From assembly GCA_001275005.1 (NCBI GenBank), contig JWZX01002633.1:1-34730 (forward strand): 34,730 bases of DNA, read 5' to 3'. The notes below the pieces were generated by a model that searched no databases, was not told where the DNA came from, and worked only from the letters and a program-made list of their open reading frames with translations. Positions 8,831 to 20,620 of this stretch are shown here, in pieces; the stretch's first letter is position 1; every line of letters begins with the position of its first letter. The translations under genes and the position numbers were made by a program. The DNA comes from Chrysochromulina tobinii (lineage: Eukaryota).

Positions 8831-10174
8831 ATGGCGCCGAGGTCCTCCTCCGTACCCATTTCCTCGTCCGTGTCCGCGTCCGCGTCTACCGCTGCTGCCT
8901 CCACCCCTACGGCCAAGGCGGTCACGATGCCAGATGCGAACGTCACGGTACAGTCGACTCGCCGTCGGCGGCCGGCGACGGCCGCGGCGAATTTTGCGCC
9001 ATCACGAATCACCAGCAAGTACCGCTGCGTCCCAGTCCACCTCCTAGGCGTCGAGGAGGATGAGCAGCCGCTGCCAAAGCCGCAGACGGTAGTGCCGCGC
9101 CCGAAGAGTGCAGCGCCGATTGATCGAGGCCCCGGTCGTTCTGCGCTGGCGCCCAAGCTCGAGCTCTTCCCTCCAAGCCCGCTGCACTACGCCGCCGGCA
9201 AACTGTACGATCGCAAGGAGCAGACGTACTATGAACTGAAGGGCATGCTCGATGGGAGTTTGGCGGCTGCGGCAGTCGCGTCCGTGCGTGCTCGCATCGA
9301 GGCGCGTGAGGCGGCCAAGGCGCAGGTTGCCGCCGCCGCCGCTGCCGCCGCCGCCGAAGCAGCGGCCGCAGCTGCAGGTGGCAAGCCCGCTCCGAAGAAA
9401 GGCAAGCCGACTCCCGATGAGATTGCCGCGGAGGCGGCCGCAGCGGAGGCGGCTGCGGTGGCAGCGAAGGCGAAGGCGGAGGCGGAGGCGGAGGCGGAGG
9501 CCGTGCAGGCCGCCGAGGACGCTCGCCAGGTTGCCGCGGCCAACGTCGACTGGCTCTCTCGATTGGAGGAGAAGGCCTTGCCGTTCGAGTGGACGCCGCT
9601 CATGTACGCTGCGTCGCACGGGGACGCGGAGAATGTGCGGCTGCTGATCGCGGCGGGCGCGAACGTGAACGTGAAGGATGCGAATGGGAGTACGCCCCTT
9701 CACAAAGCAGCTGCCGATGGCAAGGGCGACGGGCCGAAAAAGCTGCAACTGCTCAAGGGCGCGGGCGCCGACCTGCGGCAGGTGGATCGGCAGGGCATGT
9801 CGCCGCTGCACATCGCCGCGTCCAACGAGCGCCTCGAGAACATCACGATGCTTATGTCGCTCGGAGCGTCGCAATGGGCGAAGAACGGTCCCCTCCTCGA
9901 CGGTGAGACGCCTCTCGAGATGGCGACTCAGACGGGCCTGCACGAGACCGTCCGCGTGCTGCGCGCCACCGAGGCCCGCCGCAAGGGGTGGGCCTCGGGG
10001 CACTCGGTGCTCATCCCGGCGCAGACGCCCTCCTGGGAGCCCGAGGCCTTCACAGCCAAGCGTATGAATGCCAAGGGGACATGGGACTCGATCGCCTTCG
10101 CACGTTACGTGCCGCCACCCGTCCCGAAGAGGTACACGCGCCACTCGAGCCGACCCATCGGCGCCTTTCTCTGA
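8831..10174 (+). CDS. Ankyrin-repeat protein with an Ala/Glu-rich helical linker, about 447 aa
   Basis: Ankyrin motifs WTPLMYAASHG...LLIAAGANVN, GSTPLHKAA, GMSPLHIAA, GETPLEMA; first ATG at 8831; no intron needed. Confidence 0.88.
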   Translation: MAPRSSSVPISSSVSASASTAAASTPTAKAVTMPDANVTVQSTRRRRPATAAANFAPSRITSKYRCVPVHLLGVEEDEQPLPKPQTVVPRPKSAAPIDRGPGRSALAPKLELFPPSPLHYAAGKLYDRKEQTYYELKGMLDGSLAAAAVASVRARIEAREAAKAQVAAAAAAAAAEAAAAAAGGKPAPKKGKPTPDEIAAEAAAAEAAAVAAKAKAEAEAEAEAVQAAEDARQVAAANVDWLSRLEEKALPFEWTPLMYAASHGDAENVRLLIAAGANVNVKDANGSTPLHKAAADGKGDGPKKLQLLKGAGADLRQVDRQGMSPLHIAASNERLENITMLMSLGASQWAKNGPLLDGETPLEMATQTGLHETVRVLRATEARRKGWASGHSVLIPAQTPSWEPEAFTAKRMNAKGTWDSIAFARYVPPPVPKRYTRHSSRPIGAFL

Positions 10175-10484
10175 GAGAGTAGGCACGCCGCGCGCGTACG
10201 CTGGCGGCTTTTGCGTGCGGGTACGCGTAGGGCGACGAGGCATGATGTGAAGAGGCATGATGCGGATCTCAGGCCCATGGGTACAATTGTACTCTAGACG
10301 CCATACGGGGATCGACGTGCTGGAAAAGGCTGTCTCGTCGCGCTCGAGAGTGCAGCTGTGAGTCCTGCGCCGCGTATATGTAGAAATGCCACGTGGTAAA
10401 AGCCCGCGTTGACAATTACAAGTATCTGGGTAGTGGTTCACAGTTCGTCCTTGAGGCGGTGCGGCGCGGACTGGAAGCGCGTGC

Positions 10485-12098
10485 ATGGTGGTCACGGGCG
10501 GGCGGTCCCACGTGGACCTCACGCTCAGCGTTCCGGCCGGGCTAGCGGGCTGCCTCATCGGGCGCGGTGGCGCGACGCTGCGTGGCCTCAAGGAGGCCAC
10601 GGGGGTGTCCAAGATTCAGTTAGGGCAGCAGCCAGCAAATGGCTGGCGCTCTGTCAACCTCGGCGGTTCACAGACGAGTGTGGCCGAGGCCTACACAGAG
10701 GTGGCGCGCCTGCTACGCGCCGAGTCGCGGCTCGCGCCCGATGCACCCTGGTCCGTGCGTGTGATGTTAGAAACTGGCGCGGCCGGTGCACTCATCGGAA
10801 ACGGCGGCAAGGAGATCCGAGCGCTGCGCGATGAGACCGGCGCGTCCATCGAAGTGGATCACCTGCAGGCGAGCGCCTCGGAGCGTATGGTGACGTGCGC
10901 AGGTGGGCCGGCAGAGACACAGCATGCAGTCCATGCTATCCTCGCACTCATCGCCAAGCGCCAGCACGCGCGTCATCACCACTTCCTGGCACAGTGGGCA
11001 TTCGAGACGGACTACCTAGATCACTTTGAGACGCCGGCCGACGCGTTCGCTGATGTGATGCCGCTGCTGCGCTGCCGGGCGCTGGATGTGGCGGCCTCGA
11101 CTCGTCGCGGCAGCTGCAGCAGCAACGGTGCCGACGACGACGACACCGCCGCGGCGGCCGCGCTGCAAGAGCTGTGGGTCTACGATCCATACTATTGCCA
11201 GGGTGCCGTTCGGAGGGCGCTTGTGGCGCTGGGATGTGCGTCCGGGCGCGTGCTCAACGAGAATGCAGACTTTTACGCGGCTGTGGAGGCGCGGCGCGTG
11301 CCAGCGCATGACCTTCTCCTCACCAACCCTCCCTATTCGGGAGACCACAAGGTGACGCGCCGCCGCTGATTGCACGCCGAGTGCACGCTGGTTGCACGCT
11401 GATTGCACGCTGATTGCACGCTGATTGCACGCTGATTGCATGTCATTTGCATGCCGATTGCATGCCGATTGCATGCCGATTGCATGCCGATTGCACGCTG
11501 ATCGGCATTGAGTTGGCCCTGCATGGGTCCTGAATGGGCGCTGGATGCCTTTCCTAATATGGATGCCTTTCCTCAGGCGAAGCTGCTCCGCTACCTCGGA
11601 ACGTGCGCGCCGCCCGTGCCGTTTCTGCTGCTGCTGCCCGCGTGGGTCGCGGGTACAGACTACTGGCGAGACTTCCTACGAACGCTCGCGACAGCGCGAC
11701 AGCCGTTGGTCCGCGGGCGGCGCTCGCTCGAGCGGCGCGCGGGCGTCTTCTACGTATGCCCGAGACGGCGGTACGCCTTCGTTCATCCCGAGGGCACCGG
11801 CCACGCCGATGCGCCGTTCCACAGCATCTGGTTCTGTGGCGGCTGGCGTACGAACAAGGCGCGTAAGCGGGCCGTGCGCGCGCTCCGCCGCGCTGCGCGC
11901 GTGCCGCAGGCCCCCTCGGCCTCGGCAGGCGAGCGAGCGGGCGGTGCGGCGACTGCCGCCGAAGCAGCCGGTGCAGCCGAAGCAGGTGGAGCTGCAGCTG
12001 CGACGCCACGCATTGAGGTGTTCCGTGCGGCGCGCATGCTGCAGAAGCGCGGCTTTTTCCAGCCGGGGGCACTCGGCAAGCGAAGGAGGGTGGGTTAG
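10485..12098 (+). CDS. Tandem KH-domain plus NPPY-type amino (N6-adenine-like) methyltransferase fusion, about 462 aa; exons 10485-11351 and 11577-12098
   Basis: Two type-I KH GxxG loops (AGCLIGRGGATL, AGALIGNGGKEI); then DHFETP, VYDPYYCQG, ADFY and LLLTNPPYSGDHK. Phase-0 intron 11352-11576 (GTGACG...CCTCAG) joins to AKLLRYL...PFLLLLPAWV...PFHSIWFCGG. Confidence 0.82.
11366..11502. repeat. Intronic 10/11-nt tandem repeats (GCTGATTGCAC, CCGATTGCATG)
   Basis: Directly visible tandem array filling the intron of the KH-methyltransferase gene. Confidence 0.9.
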
Positions 12099-12313
12099 CC
12101 TCGAGGACACAAACGCGATCCGGTGGTCTCCTGTGAGGCTAGCATAACACTGGGAACTGGTAAGTCGTCGGCTCGGCTCGGCTCCGGCGCGAGTGGCGCG
12201 AGTGCCAAAAACGGAAAGAAAACGAAACTGAACTCGTGTGTGAGGGACTCTTACCATAGCCTCCCTCGTCTCCGCGGTTGCGGTGTGGACTGCGTTGCGA
12301 CGTCGACAGCAAC

Positions 12314-15162
12314 ATGCTCACCCGCGCGCAGCCGAGCTCGCTGTCCAATGCGGAGAGCCATGAGCATTTGCAGCGGCTGATCATTCAGAGTGATCGAGAG
12401 GTAAGCTTGTGCACACGTCCTCTAGAACACCTTCAACGAAGTGCGCCTTGAGCCTTGACCGCGTGCGCCCATGTTTGCGCTCGCAGCTGATCGCAGCAAA
12501 TGTAGAGACGGAGCGATTGCGCATCCAGCTCCGGCAAGTGGCTACGGCAGCGACAACCCGCGTCAAGGCCTTGCAAATCGACCTGCAGTCCGAACTCAAT
12601 TCGATGCAGGATGAATTGGGCATCGCGAGCCTGCAGAAGAGCATTCTCTGTCAGGAGCTGGAGCGCGAGGAAGAGCAGTGGCGCGAGGCGTTCCAGATCG
12701 AGCAGCTTCGGATTGCCGTGCGCATTCGCGTGCGGAACTCGCGCGGGTGCAGACGGGCGATGCACGACTGGTGCTCGTGGTCGCGGAATCGACAGCTCGT
12801 CTCTCAGTTGCTCCCCGAGAAGCGGGCGATGAGACAAGCGCTCGGCAGCTGGAAGGAGCTTCAGCGGTTTCGAGTGACCGCGCTCCGTACCATCACAAGC
12901 CTGCAGCGGCGTGGCGAGCGTCGCGCTCTGGCGAGCTGGATGGGGTTCACGTACCTGCGTTCGACGCGGCAGTCCGTGATAGCTCTGACGATAGTATCGT
13001 TTCGCCGTCGCCCCGAGAGGTTAGCACTCAACGCCTGGATACGTTTACTTGGACGCGATGCGACGAGGCTACGCCGAAGGCTCGTCGCATCCTTGCGCGC
13101 GTGGCAAGGCGGTGGTGTGCACCGCGCGTGGAGGAAATGGAACGCCGTCCGCCTCGCAGCTGAGAAGTGCAGGGCCGCGGCCAACTGCCTGCTGCAGAGC
13201 GGATGCAAACAAGCTCTGAACACCTGGCGCGCAACCATCTCGTCTCGGCACGGCCGCATGCGCAGGCGGCTGCGGGGTTGCCTCACAAGCCTCGCATCAC
13301 TCGTAACACGCCGTGCGCTCAACAGCTGGATTGCGACATCCCGCAAAGAATCCCTCTTGGGTGTTGCGCTAGCAGGGTGGGTGCAGCGCGGCGAGCGCAG
13401 ATCGCTGACAGCGTGGCGCAAGTTCGTGGATCATGCTCTTCATGGGCTCTGGATGGGTAAAGTGAAGGATGCACAGCTGCGGCGCGCAGTGGCTGCATGG
13501 GTGCAGCGCGGCGAGAGGCGCGCACTGAGCTCCTGGATTTACCTTATCGACGTCCGTTCGGAAGTGCGGCGCATCCTGGCGCACGCGATCGCCGCGTTCT
13601 GCCACCAGGGCATCCGACGGGCGCTCAACGCTTGGATGGCACACATGGATCGGCGGGCACGGGTGCGCCGAATGCTCATCTCAGCCATCTTGGAGTGGCA
13701 AGGGACTGGCAGCCGGCGAGCCTTTCACAGCTGGCGAGCTCGAGTTCTCGAGCGAGAGCAGCGCCGATCGTGGCTGCGTGGCTACCTCGCGAGCTTGGCA
13801 CGCACGACGTTGCGTTGGGCGCTGAACAGCTGGACGGGCACGCTGTGGAATGCGACGCTTGAGGTACGTGCCACTCCGAGTGCAACGCTCGTCACGCGTG
13901 CGATCAGCGCATGGGTGCAGAGCGGCGAGAGGAGGGCGCTCAATTCCTGGCTTGAGTTCTTGCAACGGCTCGCCGCGATGCGCTTCATCTTGGCGCAATC
14001 CGTTGAGTCGCTACGCTGTCAGAATCTGCGACAGGCTGTGAGGAAGTGGACGGAGCGCGCAGTGAGCCGAAAGAGCACGCGCCACATGGTGCTCGCAGCT
14101 GTACTCGCATGGTGCGGGAGTGGCGCACGTCGTGCGCTCAAAAATTGGAAAGCGTGCACGAAAGGCATCACCCTCATCAACTATGCGCTCCTGGTGTGGA
14201 TTCGACATGGGCAGCTTCGAGCCTTCGAATCATGGCTGTACTTCCTTCGAGCGCGGCTAGGAAGGCTCTCGAGGTCCACGGCATTGGTCTATCAGCCTCG
14301 CCTGCGGCTCGCTCTGAATGCGTGGACGATCCGCCTTCGAGCCATTACCTGCTTCCGGCGCAAGGTGCTCTTTGCCGTGCGCCGTTTCCAGCATGAGTGC
14401 AGGGCCGACACCTTATGGCACGCGTGCGCGAGCTGGAGGAGCTGGGCTCATGCGAGGTGCTCTCGAGCCCGCAATGCGCGCGACAGGCAGCTGCGGATCA
14501 TGAAGCTCTCACTCTGCGTCTGGTTCCGAGTGCATGTGGCGAGTACGGTGGCGCAGCAGGCTCACCGCGTGCTGCAACGGAGATTGAACGAGCTCAAGGC
14601 GACCATCTCCTCGCAGCAGCTCGAGTTGTCGGACCTGCACGAGCTGCTCGCATCAGCGCGGGAAGCTGCGAGCTCGGCTGTGGTGCACGCGAGCAGCGCC
14701 ATCGAGAGCGCCGACGAGCGCGTGTTTCGCAATGAGCGATCGATGGAGCTCAAGTGTAAGCAGATCGAGCTCGAGATCACCGGCCGGCTCGGCCAGGAAT
14801 TCGAGGAGCGACGATCACGCCTCATCGAGGAGCACGAGCAAGCGATCGCACTTGCCAAGCAGCAATGGGAGACCGACGGTGTCGAATACGATCGAGACCG
14901 CGACCTCAACGTGAATGCCATGCGTCTCCGCCTCTACTCCGCGCAGGCCAATGCCTGCCTGACGCTCCTCGACAAGGAGCAGCAGAAGGACTCGCTTTTG
15001 TACGAGAGATTTGCAACGCCCACGCAGGCACTCCACAGCTTGATCGCACGGGGCCGACCCGTTCGGCAGGCAGGGAGCCCACGACCACGGCCCGGTCGGC
15101 ACCCATCGTCGCCTTTTGTTGAATCGACTCACAAGGCTGCGGTGGGCAGACGCGAAGGCTGA
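12314..15162 (+). CDS. Sfi1-like (centrin-binding Trp repeat) protein with terminal coiled coils; exons 12314-12400 and 12487-15162
   Basis: Many periodic RRAL(N/A)(S/A)W-type repeats (RRALASW, RLALNAW, RRALNSW, RRALSSW, RRAFHSW, LRAFESW) typical of Sfi1 repeats; 29-codon first exon ending GAG|GTAAGC, acceptor TCGCAG at 12486, in frame. Confidence 0.75.
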
Positions 15163-15829
15163 CGTGTGGGTTCACTCACTTCACCTCTGGCCATTGAAGA
15201 TACTAGAGCAATCCCGAATCCGATCCGGTCGTCTAACCGTAGAGCGTAGTCCGTTCCGGGCTGTTCGGATAAACGGGTCGAGGATGTTCGGTGATGACTG
15301 ACGGCGGTGGGTCGAGTGAGGGGCGTCTAGGGGCGTCGACGTGAGGTTCGATCTCCAAACGTGAGCGGTGAGGTTACTGGCTGGGGGGGAACTCAACAAA
15401 CGGTAACGATTCGAAATCACGAATGGAAACAGGAGAAAGCCGCCATCGGGCCCGGCTGTCCGCGTGTCATGCCGCATGTCATGTGTGTATCCGCCGCCCC
15501 GGAAGTGTCCGCCGTCGCGCGGATGATGAGGTGAGTGCGGCCGCTCCGCTGCTCGATCGATAATTTCACGCGGTTATATAGCGGCGTTACCGCCGTATCC
15601 GGAATGAATCCGCGCGCGCTCACGAAACCTCGATACACGGGACGCCCCGCACGCCCGATCGCGCACGATGCGTTTAGCACCCCCGAAAGCTAACACCATG
15701 CTTGGCCAACACGCAACACAACTCAGTACGTCTACGGCGTTACGGCCGAGTGAGAATCAGGCCGTGAGAGGGGCGAGAGTGCGAGGATGTGATCCTTGGG
15801 TATGCGGATTGCTGATTGCATGCTGCTGA

Positions 15830-18800
15830 TTACAGGATCAGGGTGAGGTCCTTGGGCAGGCCTGCCTGCTTGCGCTTCGTGTCGCGCTGGCGCTCGGCGA
15901 GGAGCATCTGGTCCTTGGCCTCCTGGTCGAGCGCCACGTTCGATCTGAGCTGCAGTTTGCGCAGCGTCGGGTGTGTCGCCACGAGTCGCGTCATTACGCG
16001 TGCGGACCGCTCTCCAGCTCCGGTGCGGTCGAGTATAAGGTTCGTGAGGGTCGCGCGCGGCTTGGCAGCGAGCGCCGTGCCGATGGAAGCCACCCCCGCA
16101 TCGCCGAGAGGGTTTTCGCTCAGGATGAGCGTCTGCAGATTCTCGCTCAGGTACACGAGCGCCGCGCAACCGTATGCGGCAGTCAGATCGAGATCTCGCC
16201 TGGTCAGATCGAGCGACTCCACACGGAGCAGCATGCCCAGTGACTTGGCCTCCTTCTCTTGCGCGGACCAGTTCGCAAGCAGCGCCTCGATGCCCATACT
16301 CCAAGCCTCGACTGCCTCGGCCGCGCTCACGGCTTCGTCAATCGCATGCAGCAAATTGGCGTTCAGATTGTAGTGTGCTGCTTCGCGCCCGGCGATGGCG
16401 GGTACCATCCCGCGAAGGAAACCGTCGGCTGCCTCTAGGGCAGCATCGCCCATGCCATCGCGCAGCAGCGGCCATTCCTCCTTGCGTGCCGCAGAGACCT
16501 GCGACGAGAAGACGACGGGCGCAAGTCATGAGGCAACCAGAGGCGCACACTCAGAGTCCCAATCCATTTGGCACGTCAAGGAGGGGGGGGTCAAGGAAGG
16601 GGGGGCTATCCCTCAGGCACATCAGGGAGAGAGGAGCAATCCCTCAGGGGCATCAGGGATGCGGATTCGCACCTTAGACGAGACGACAAGGTGCTCGCAC
16701 ATGTCACGCACGAGCTTGCGCCGCTTCTCGATCGCTTGCTCGATCGTCTGCGCCGTCAGGTTGACCGAGAGCCCCACCGCCACCACAAGGACTTGGCCTT
16801 CGACACGCGTGTGCTTCACCTCAAAGCCCGCTAGGGGGGCGAAGACGATCTCACGCTCATGAGGGTACTGCGAGAGGAACCCAATCTCAGCGCCGCGGTC
16901 CACCATACCTTGCTGTATCTCAAAGACGAAGCCGGGGGTGAGCGCGGTGCTCGCGCCAGCACTTGAGCCCTGGGCGTAGCTGAGAGCGACCTCACGGTCG
17001 ACGGTGGTCGACATGAAGGCGGCCTCGATGCCGCCGCGCACGCCGTACTCGTTCGCCTTCCAGAACTGCTCGGGCAACACCCGCCCGCTGATACCGCGGT
17101 AGACTTTGCATGCATAGGTTAGCTTCGAGAGCTTGACGATCGAAGAGTTGATGGCATGCATCGTGGTCGTGTACACGTTAGCCTTTGAGCGCGCGCGCTC
17201 GAAGGCGAAGTCGCCGCCGGCCGGTCCGCCCGCACCGCGCGGCGTGGAGAGGCTGCGCTGATACTCGGAGAAAACGGCCGGCGCGCACGTGAGCTCGAGC
17301 ATTTGTTTGCGAAGGGCAGGGACGTCGGAGTTGACGCCGCGCAGCACCTGTGGAAAGGGAAGGGGGAAGCGTCATGAGCAGCGTCATGAGCAGCGTCGTC
17401 AACAGCAGGCAACCAGCGCACCGAATCGCACTTGAAGATGACGCACTTAAAGGCGCCATCAGAGGGCTCGGAGGCACTCATGCGCAATCAGAGGGCAATC
17501 AGAGGGCAACCAGAGGCAACCAGAGGGCAGTAGCGCACCGAGTTGTACTTGAAGAAGCAAGGGCCAGTGTACAGGCGCGCACCAAACGCTTCCTCGATGC
17601 GGAGCTCGGGTTCCTTGAGCTCGCGCAATCTCGCGTTGCGGGCACCGGTGGCGGCGGCGAGTGCATCGACGGCGAGCGGCTGCCGTTGGATGGAGACCTC
17701 CACCCCGCCGTCGCGCACCGCCGTCAGGTTTTTGGTCTCTTGTGGCCAGGCAGGCATGCCGCCCTGGTTGCCTTTCTTGGCACCGCCGTCGGGGCCCTGC
17801 TCGGGGCACGTGACGAAGCGCCACTCGATCGCACTCGTGGTGCGGATGCCGTAATTGCCCGCCGTGAACCACGCGTCCGCATCCGCGCGCTGCGTGTGCT
17901 CCTTGGCCATAGCCTCCCCGACGTTGGGATCGGGCGCGCCCACGATGGCCTCGAGGCCGCCGTAGAAGGTGGAGAGGCCGCCGTAAGAGAGCATGCCTGC
18001 CCCCTCCTGCAGGAACTTGGACTGCAGCTCGGCCCCTGTGTGCGCCTCATTCTTCTTGAGCTGCTCGATGCCACTCCACAGCTTCGTCGCGAGTCGTTCG
18101 AGAGCGCCGCCCTTGCCCAGCAAGTCGACGAGCGCCTTGCGCCCCGCGGCCGCGCCGCCACCCTTGGCGGCCAACTGCAGCACAAACTCGAGCTCGTTCA
18201 CACGCCCTCCCCTCGAGCCTCCCCTCGAGCTTGTAGGCGCGAACCACGTCCACCCCTCGACATTCTCGCGGTGCGCAGAGAGCATCGCCTCAGCTAGCGT
18301 GTCATTCAAGCCGAGCGAGGCCAAGAAGGCACCAAGGGTCCAACTGTCGTGCTCCGCATCGTCTGCACCGCCGCCCGGGCTGGCGCTGCCACCCGCCTTA
18401 CCGTCGCCGCGCCCGCCGCCGGCTCGGGAGGCCTCGAGCTTCGAGAGGTGTGCGTGCAGCTGGCTATGCTCGGCGGCCATCGCCTTGAGAACGTCCTCCT
18501 GTGCCTCCGCGCGCGCCTGCGCCAGTTCGAGCTCACCCTCGAGATCGCGAATCAGGGCCTGTGCAGCCGGGGGCCACGAGGCAAGCGCGCCGGAACTGAC
18601 CGAGCGCCGAGCGCCCAAGCCAACGGGCGAGCCGCCGCCGCCAGCCACCGCCGCCGCCGCCAACGGCGCGCGGACGCTCTTCCGCTGAGGAGTACGCCCT
18701 GCCCCCGGCTCGTCGTCGTCCCGACCACTCTGGCTGAGGCTCTCGCGCTCGAGGCGCAGCACGTGCGCTTCCGCCTGCTTGAGTCGCTCGTACGCATGCT

Positions 18801-19803
18801 TCAGCTCCGCCTCCTTATCGCGCAGCTCCGCCTCCTTATCGCGCAGCTCCGCCTGGTGGGCCTGCTGCATCGCCTGGATGGCCTGGAGTTGCTCACGCGA
18901 TCCCTCGTGCGCCAGGCGTGGCGGCGTCGGCGCCGCCGAAGCGAACGGCGCCGACCGGTACGAATCGGGCGCGAACCCATCGCTGCGCGCGCGCTGCAGC
19001 GCCAGGCTTCCTTGCGGCACCTCGAACGCCATGCCGCCGCCACCACCTCCGACACGCTGCTGTGGCACCAGCACGTCGAACGACATGCCGCCGCTGCCGA
19101 AGCCCCCACCGCCACCCGCACGCGGCGGCGGCGGCGCAAACACCTCGAAGGGCTTGCCGCCGCCGGCGCCGCCGTTGACGGCGGCACCGGCACGAGCGCC
19201 GGCACCGGCGGCCGCCGCGGCGCGCGCAGCCGCCTGCTGAGATTTGGGAACTTGAACGATGGTCGAGTCCGCCTCGTCGAGGGCGCGCAGCCGCGCAGCG
19301 CCCGATCGCGGCGTCATCTGGTGCACCACTCGGTTGTACTCCGACGCGTCGATCGCGCCCGCCTCGAGCAGCTCCTCGGCGGTGCGACCGCGGCTCACGT
19401 TTAGTTTGGGTGCGCCGATGTCATACGTGCCCGTCAGGGTGCCGGTCATCGTGCCCATCATGTCGATGTTGCAGCTGGCCGAGGCGCCTGGAGGTCCGAA
19501 GAAGTCCAGGCCATCTCCACCATTTAGGATCGCGAGCGCCATGGCGCGGCCCACCTCTGCATCGCTCGCAGCATTGGTCACGGTCGCAGTGACTGTATTC
19601 GTGGCTGGACGCTTATCGGCGCGCTCCTTTTGGCGCGCTTGGCGCCGTGCAGAGAGGTTGCCCGCGCGGCTCGACGACTCGCGGGGAGGCATATCGGCTG
19701 CCTTGTCTTTGCGGCCGCTCGACGACTTGGGCGACGGCTTTGAGGCCGCAGATGAGCCTTTGGGCATTAGCGATCCGCCCAATTCCAGAGACGCATGCCG
19801 CAT
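15830..19803 (-). CDS. Large protein: low-complexity/coiled-coil N-terminus, R-S-E class mono-ADP-ribosyltransferase domain, C-terminal RNI-like LRRs; exons 19803-17539, 17347-16673, 16498-15830
   Basis: Spliced [19 protein letters not shown] motifs [22 protein letters not shown]; LRRs [33 protein letters not shown]. Two phase-0 GT-AG introns (17538-17348, 16672-16499) join three ORFs in frame. Start could be 19803 or 19767. Confidence 0.82.
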
Positions 19804-19912
19804 GTTATGTTTTGCCGAAATCTGCGCGCGCAAAAGACCTCTTCAGACGTCTTCGTTAACGGCGTGTGAACACACGCGCCTCTACGCAAAGTTCCCTCGC
19901 CGCGCACGAGCC

Positions 19913-20620
19913 ATGGCGGACTCGGCGTACTCGTTCTCGCTCACGACCTTCAGCCCCTCGGGCAAGCTCGTCCAGATCGAGTATGCGCTCGCCGCCGTTG
20001 CCTCGGGCGCCACGTCCCTGGGCGTCAAGGCGAAGAACGGCGTCGTGATCGCGACCGAGAAGAAGTTGCCGTCTATCCTGATCGACGAGTCGAGCGTGAT
20101 GAAGATCCTGATGCTGACGGAGAACATCGCGATGGTCTACTCGGGAATGGGGCCCGACTTCCGCGTGCTAACCCGCAAGGGGCGCAAGGCGGCGCAGACC
20201 TACTACAACGTGTACCGCGAGGTGATCCCGGTGGCTATGCTTGTGCGCGAAATTGCAGCGGTGATGCAGGAGTTCACGCAGCGCGGCGGCGTGCGCCCCT
20301 TTGGCGTCTCCGTACTGCTCGCGGGCTTCGACCACAGCGGGCCGCAGCTCTTCCAGATCGACCCGAGCGGCTCGTACTTTGCGTGGAAGGCATCGGCCAT
20401 TGGCAAGCACATGGTGAACGCGAAGACCTTTCTTGAGAAACGGTACAATGACGATCTCGAGCTGGAGGACGCGGTGCACACCGCCCTGCTCACGCTCAAG
20501 GAGGGCTTCGAGGGCGCCATGGATCACACCAACATCGAGGTGGGCATCGTGGGCGCCGACAAGGTTTTTAAGGTGCTCACCCCCGCTGAGATCAAGGACT
20601 ATCTGGGCGAGGTCGAGTGA
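19913..20620 (+). CDS. PSMA2: 20S proteasome subunit alpha type-2, 235 aa, intronless
   Basis: [74 protein letters not shown] match the alpha-2 (Pre8/PSMA2) subunit. Confidence 0.97.
   Translation: MADSAYSFSLTTFSPSGKLVQIEYALAAVASGATSLGVKAKNGVVIATEKKLPSILIDESSVMKILMLTENIAMVYSGMGPDFRVLTRKGRKAAQTYYNVYREVIPVAMLVREIAAVMQEFTQRGGVRPFGVSVLLAGFDHSGPQLFQIDPSGSYFAWKASAIGKHMVNAKTFLEKRYNDDLELEDAVHTALLTLKEGFEGAMDHTNIEVGIVGADKVFKVLTPAEIKDYLGEVE

Noticed and set aside
9044..10612. 522-aa minus-strand ORF
   Set aside because: Antisense shadow of the ankyrin gene; long shadow ORFs are expected at this GC content.
17350..19404. Plus-strand ORFs of 315, 231 and 351 aa
   Set aside because: Antisense shadows of the ART gene with no recognisable motifs.
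19259..19912. 218-aa N-terminal extension on proteasome alpha-2
   Set aside because: Antisense to the ART gene; the conserved alpha-2 N-terminus starts at ATG 19913.
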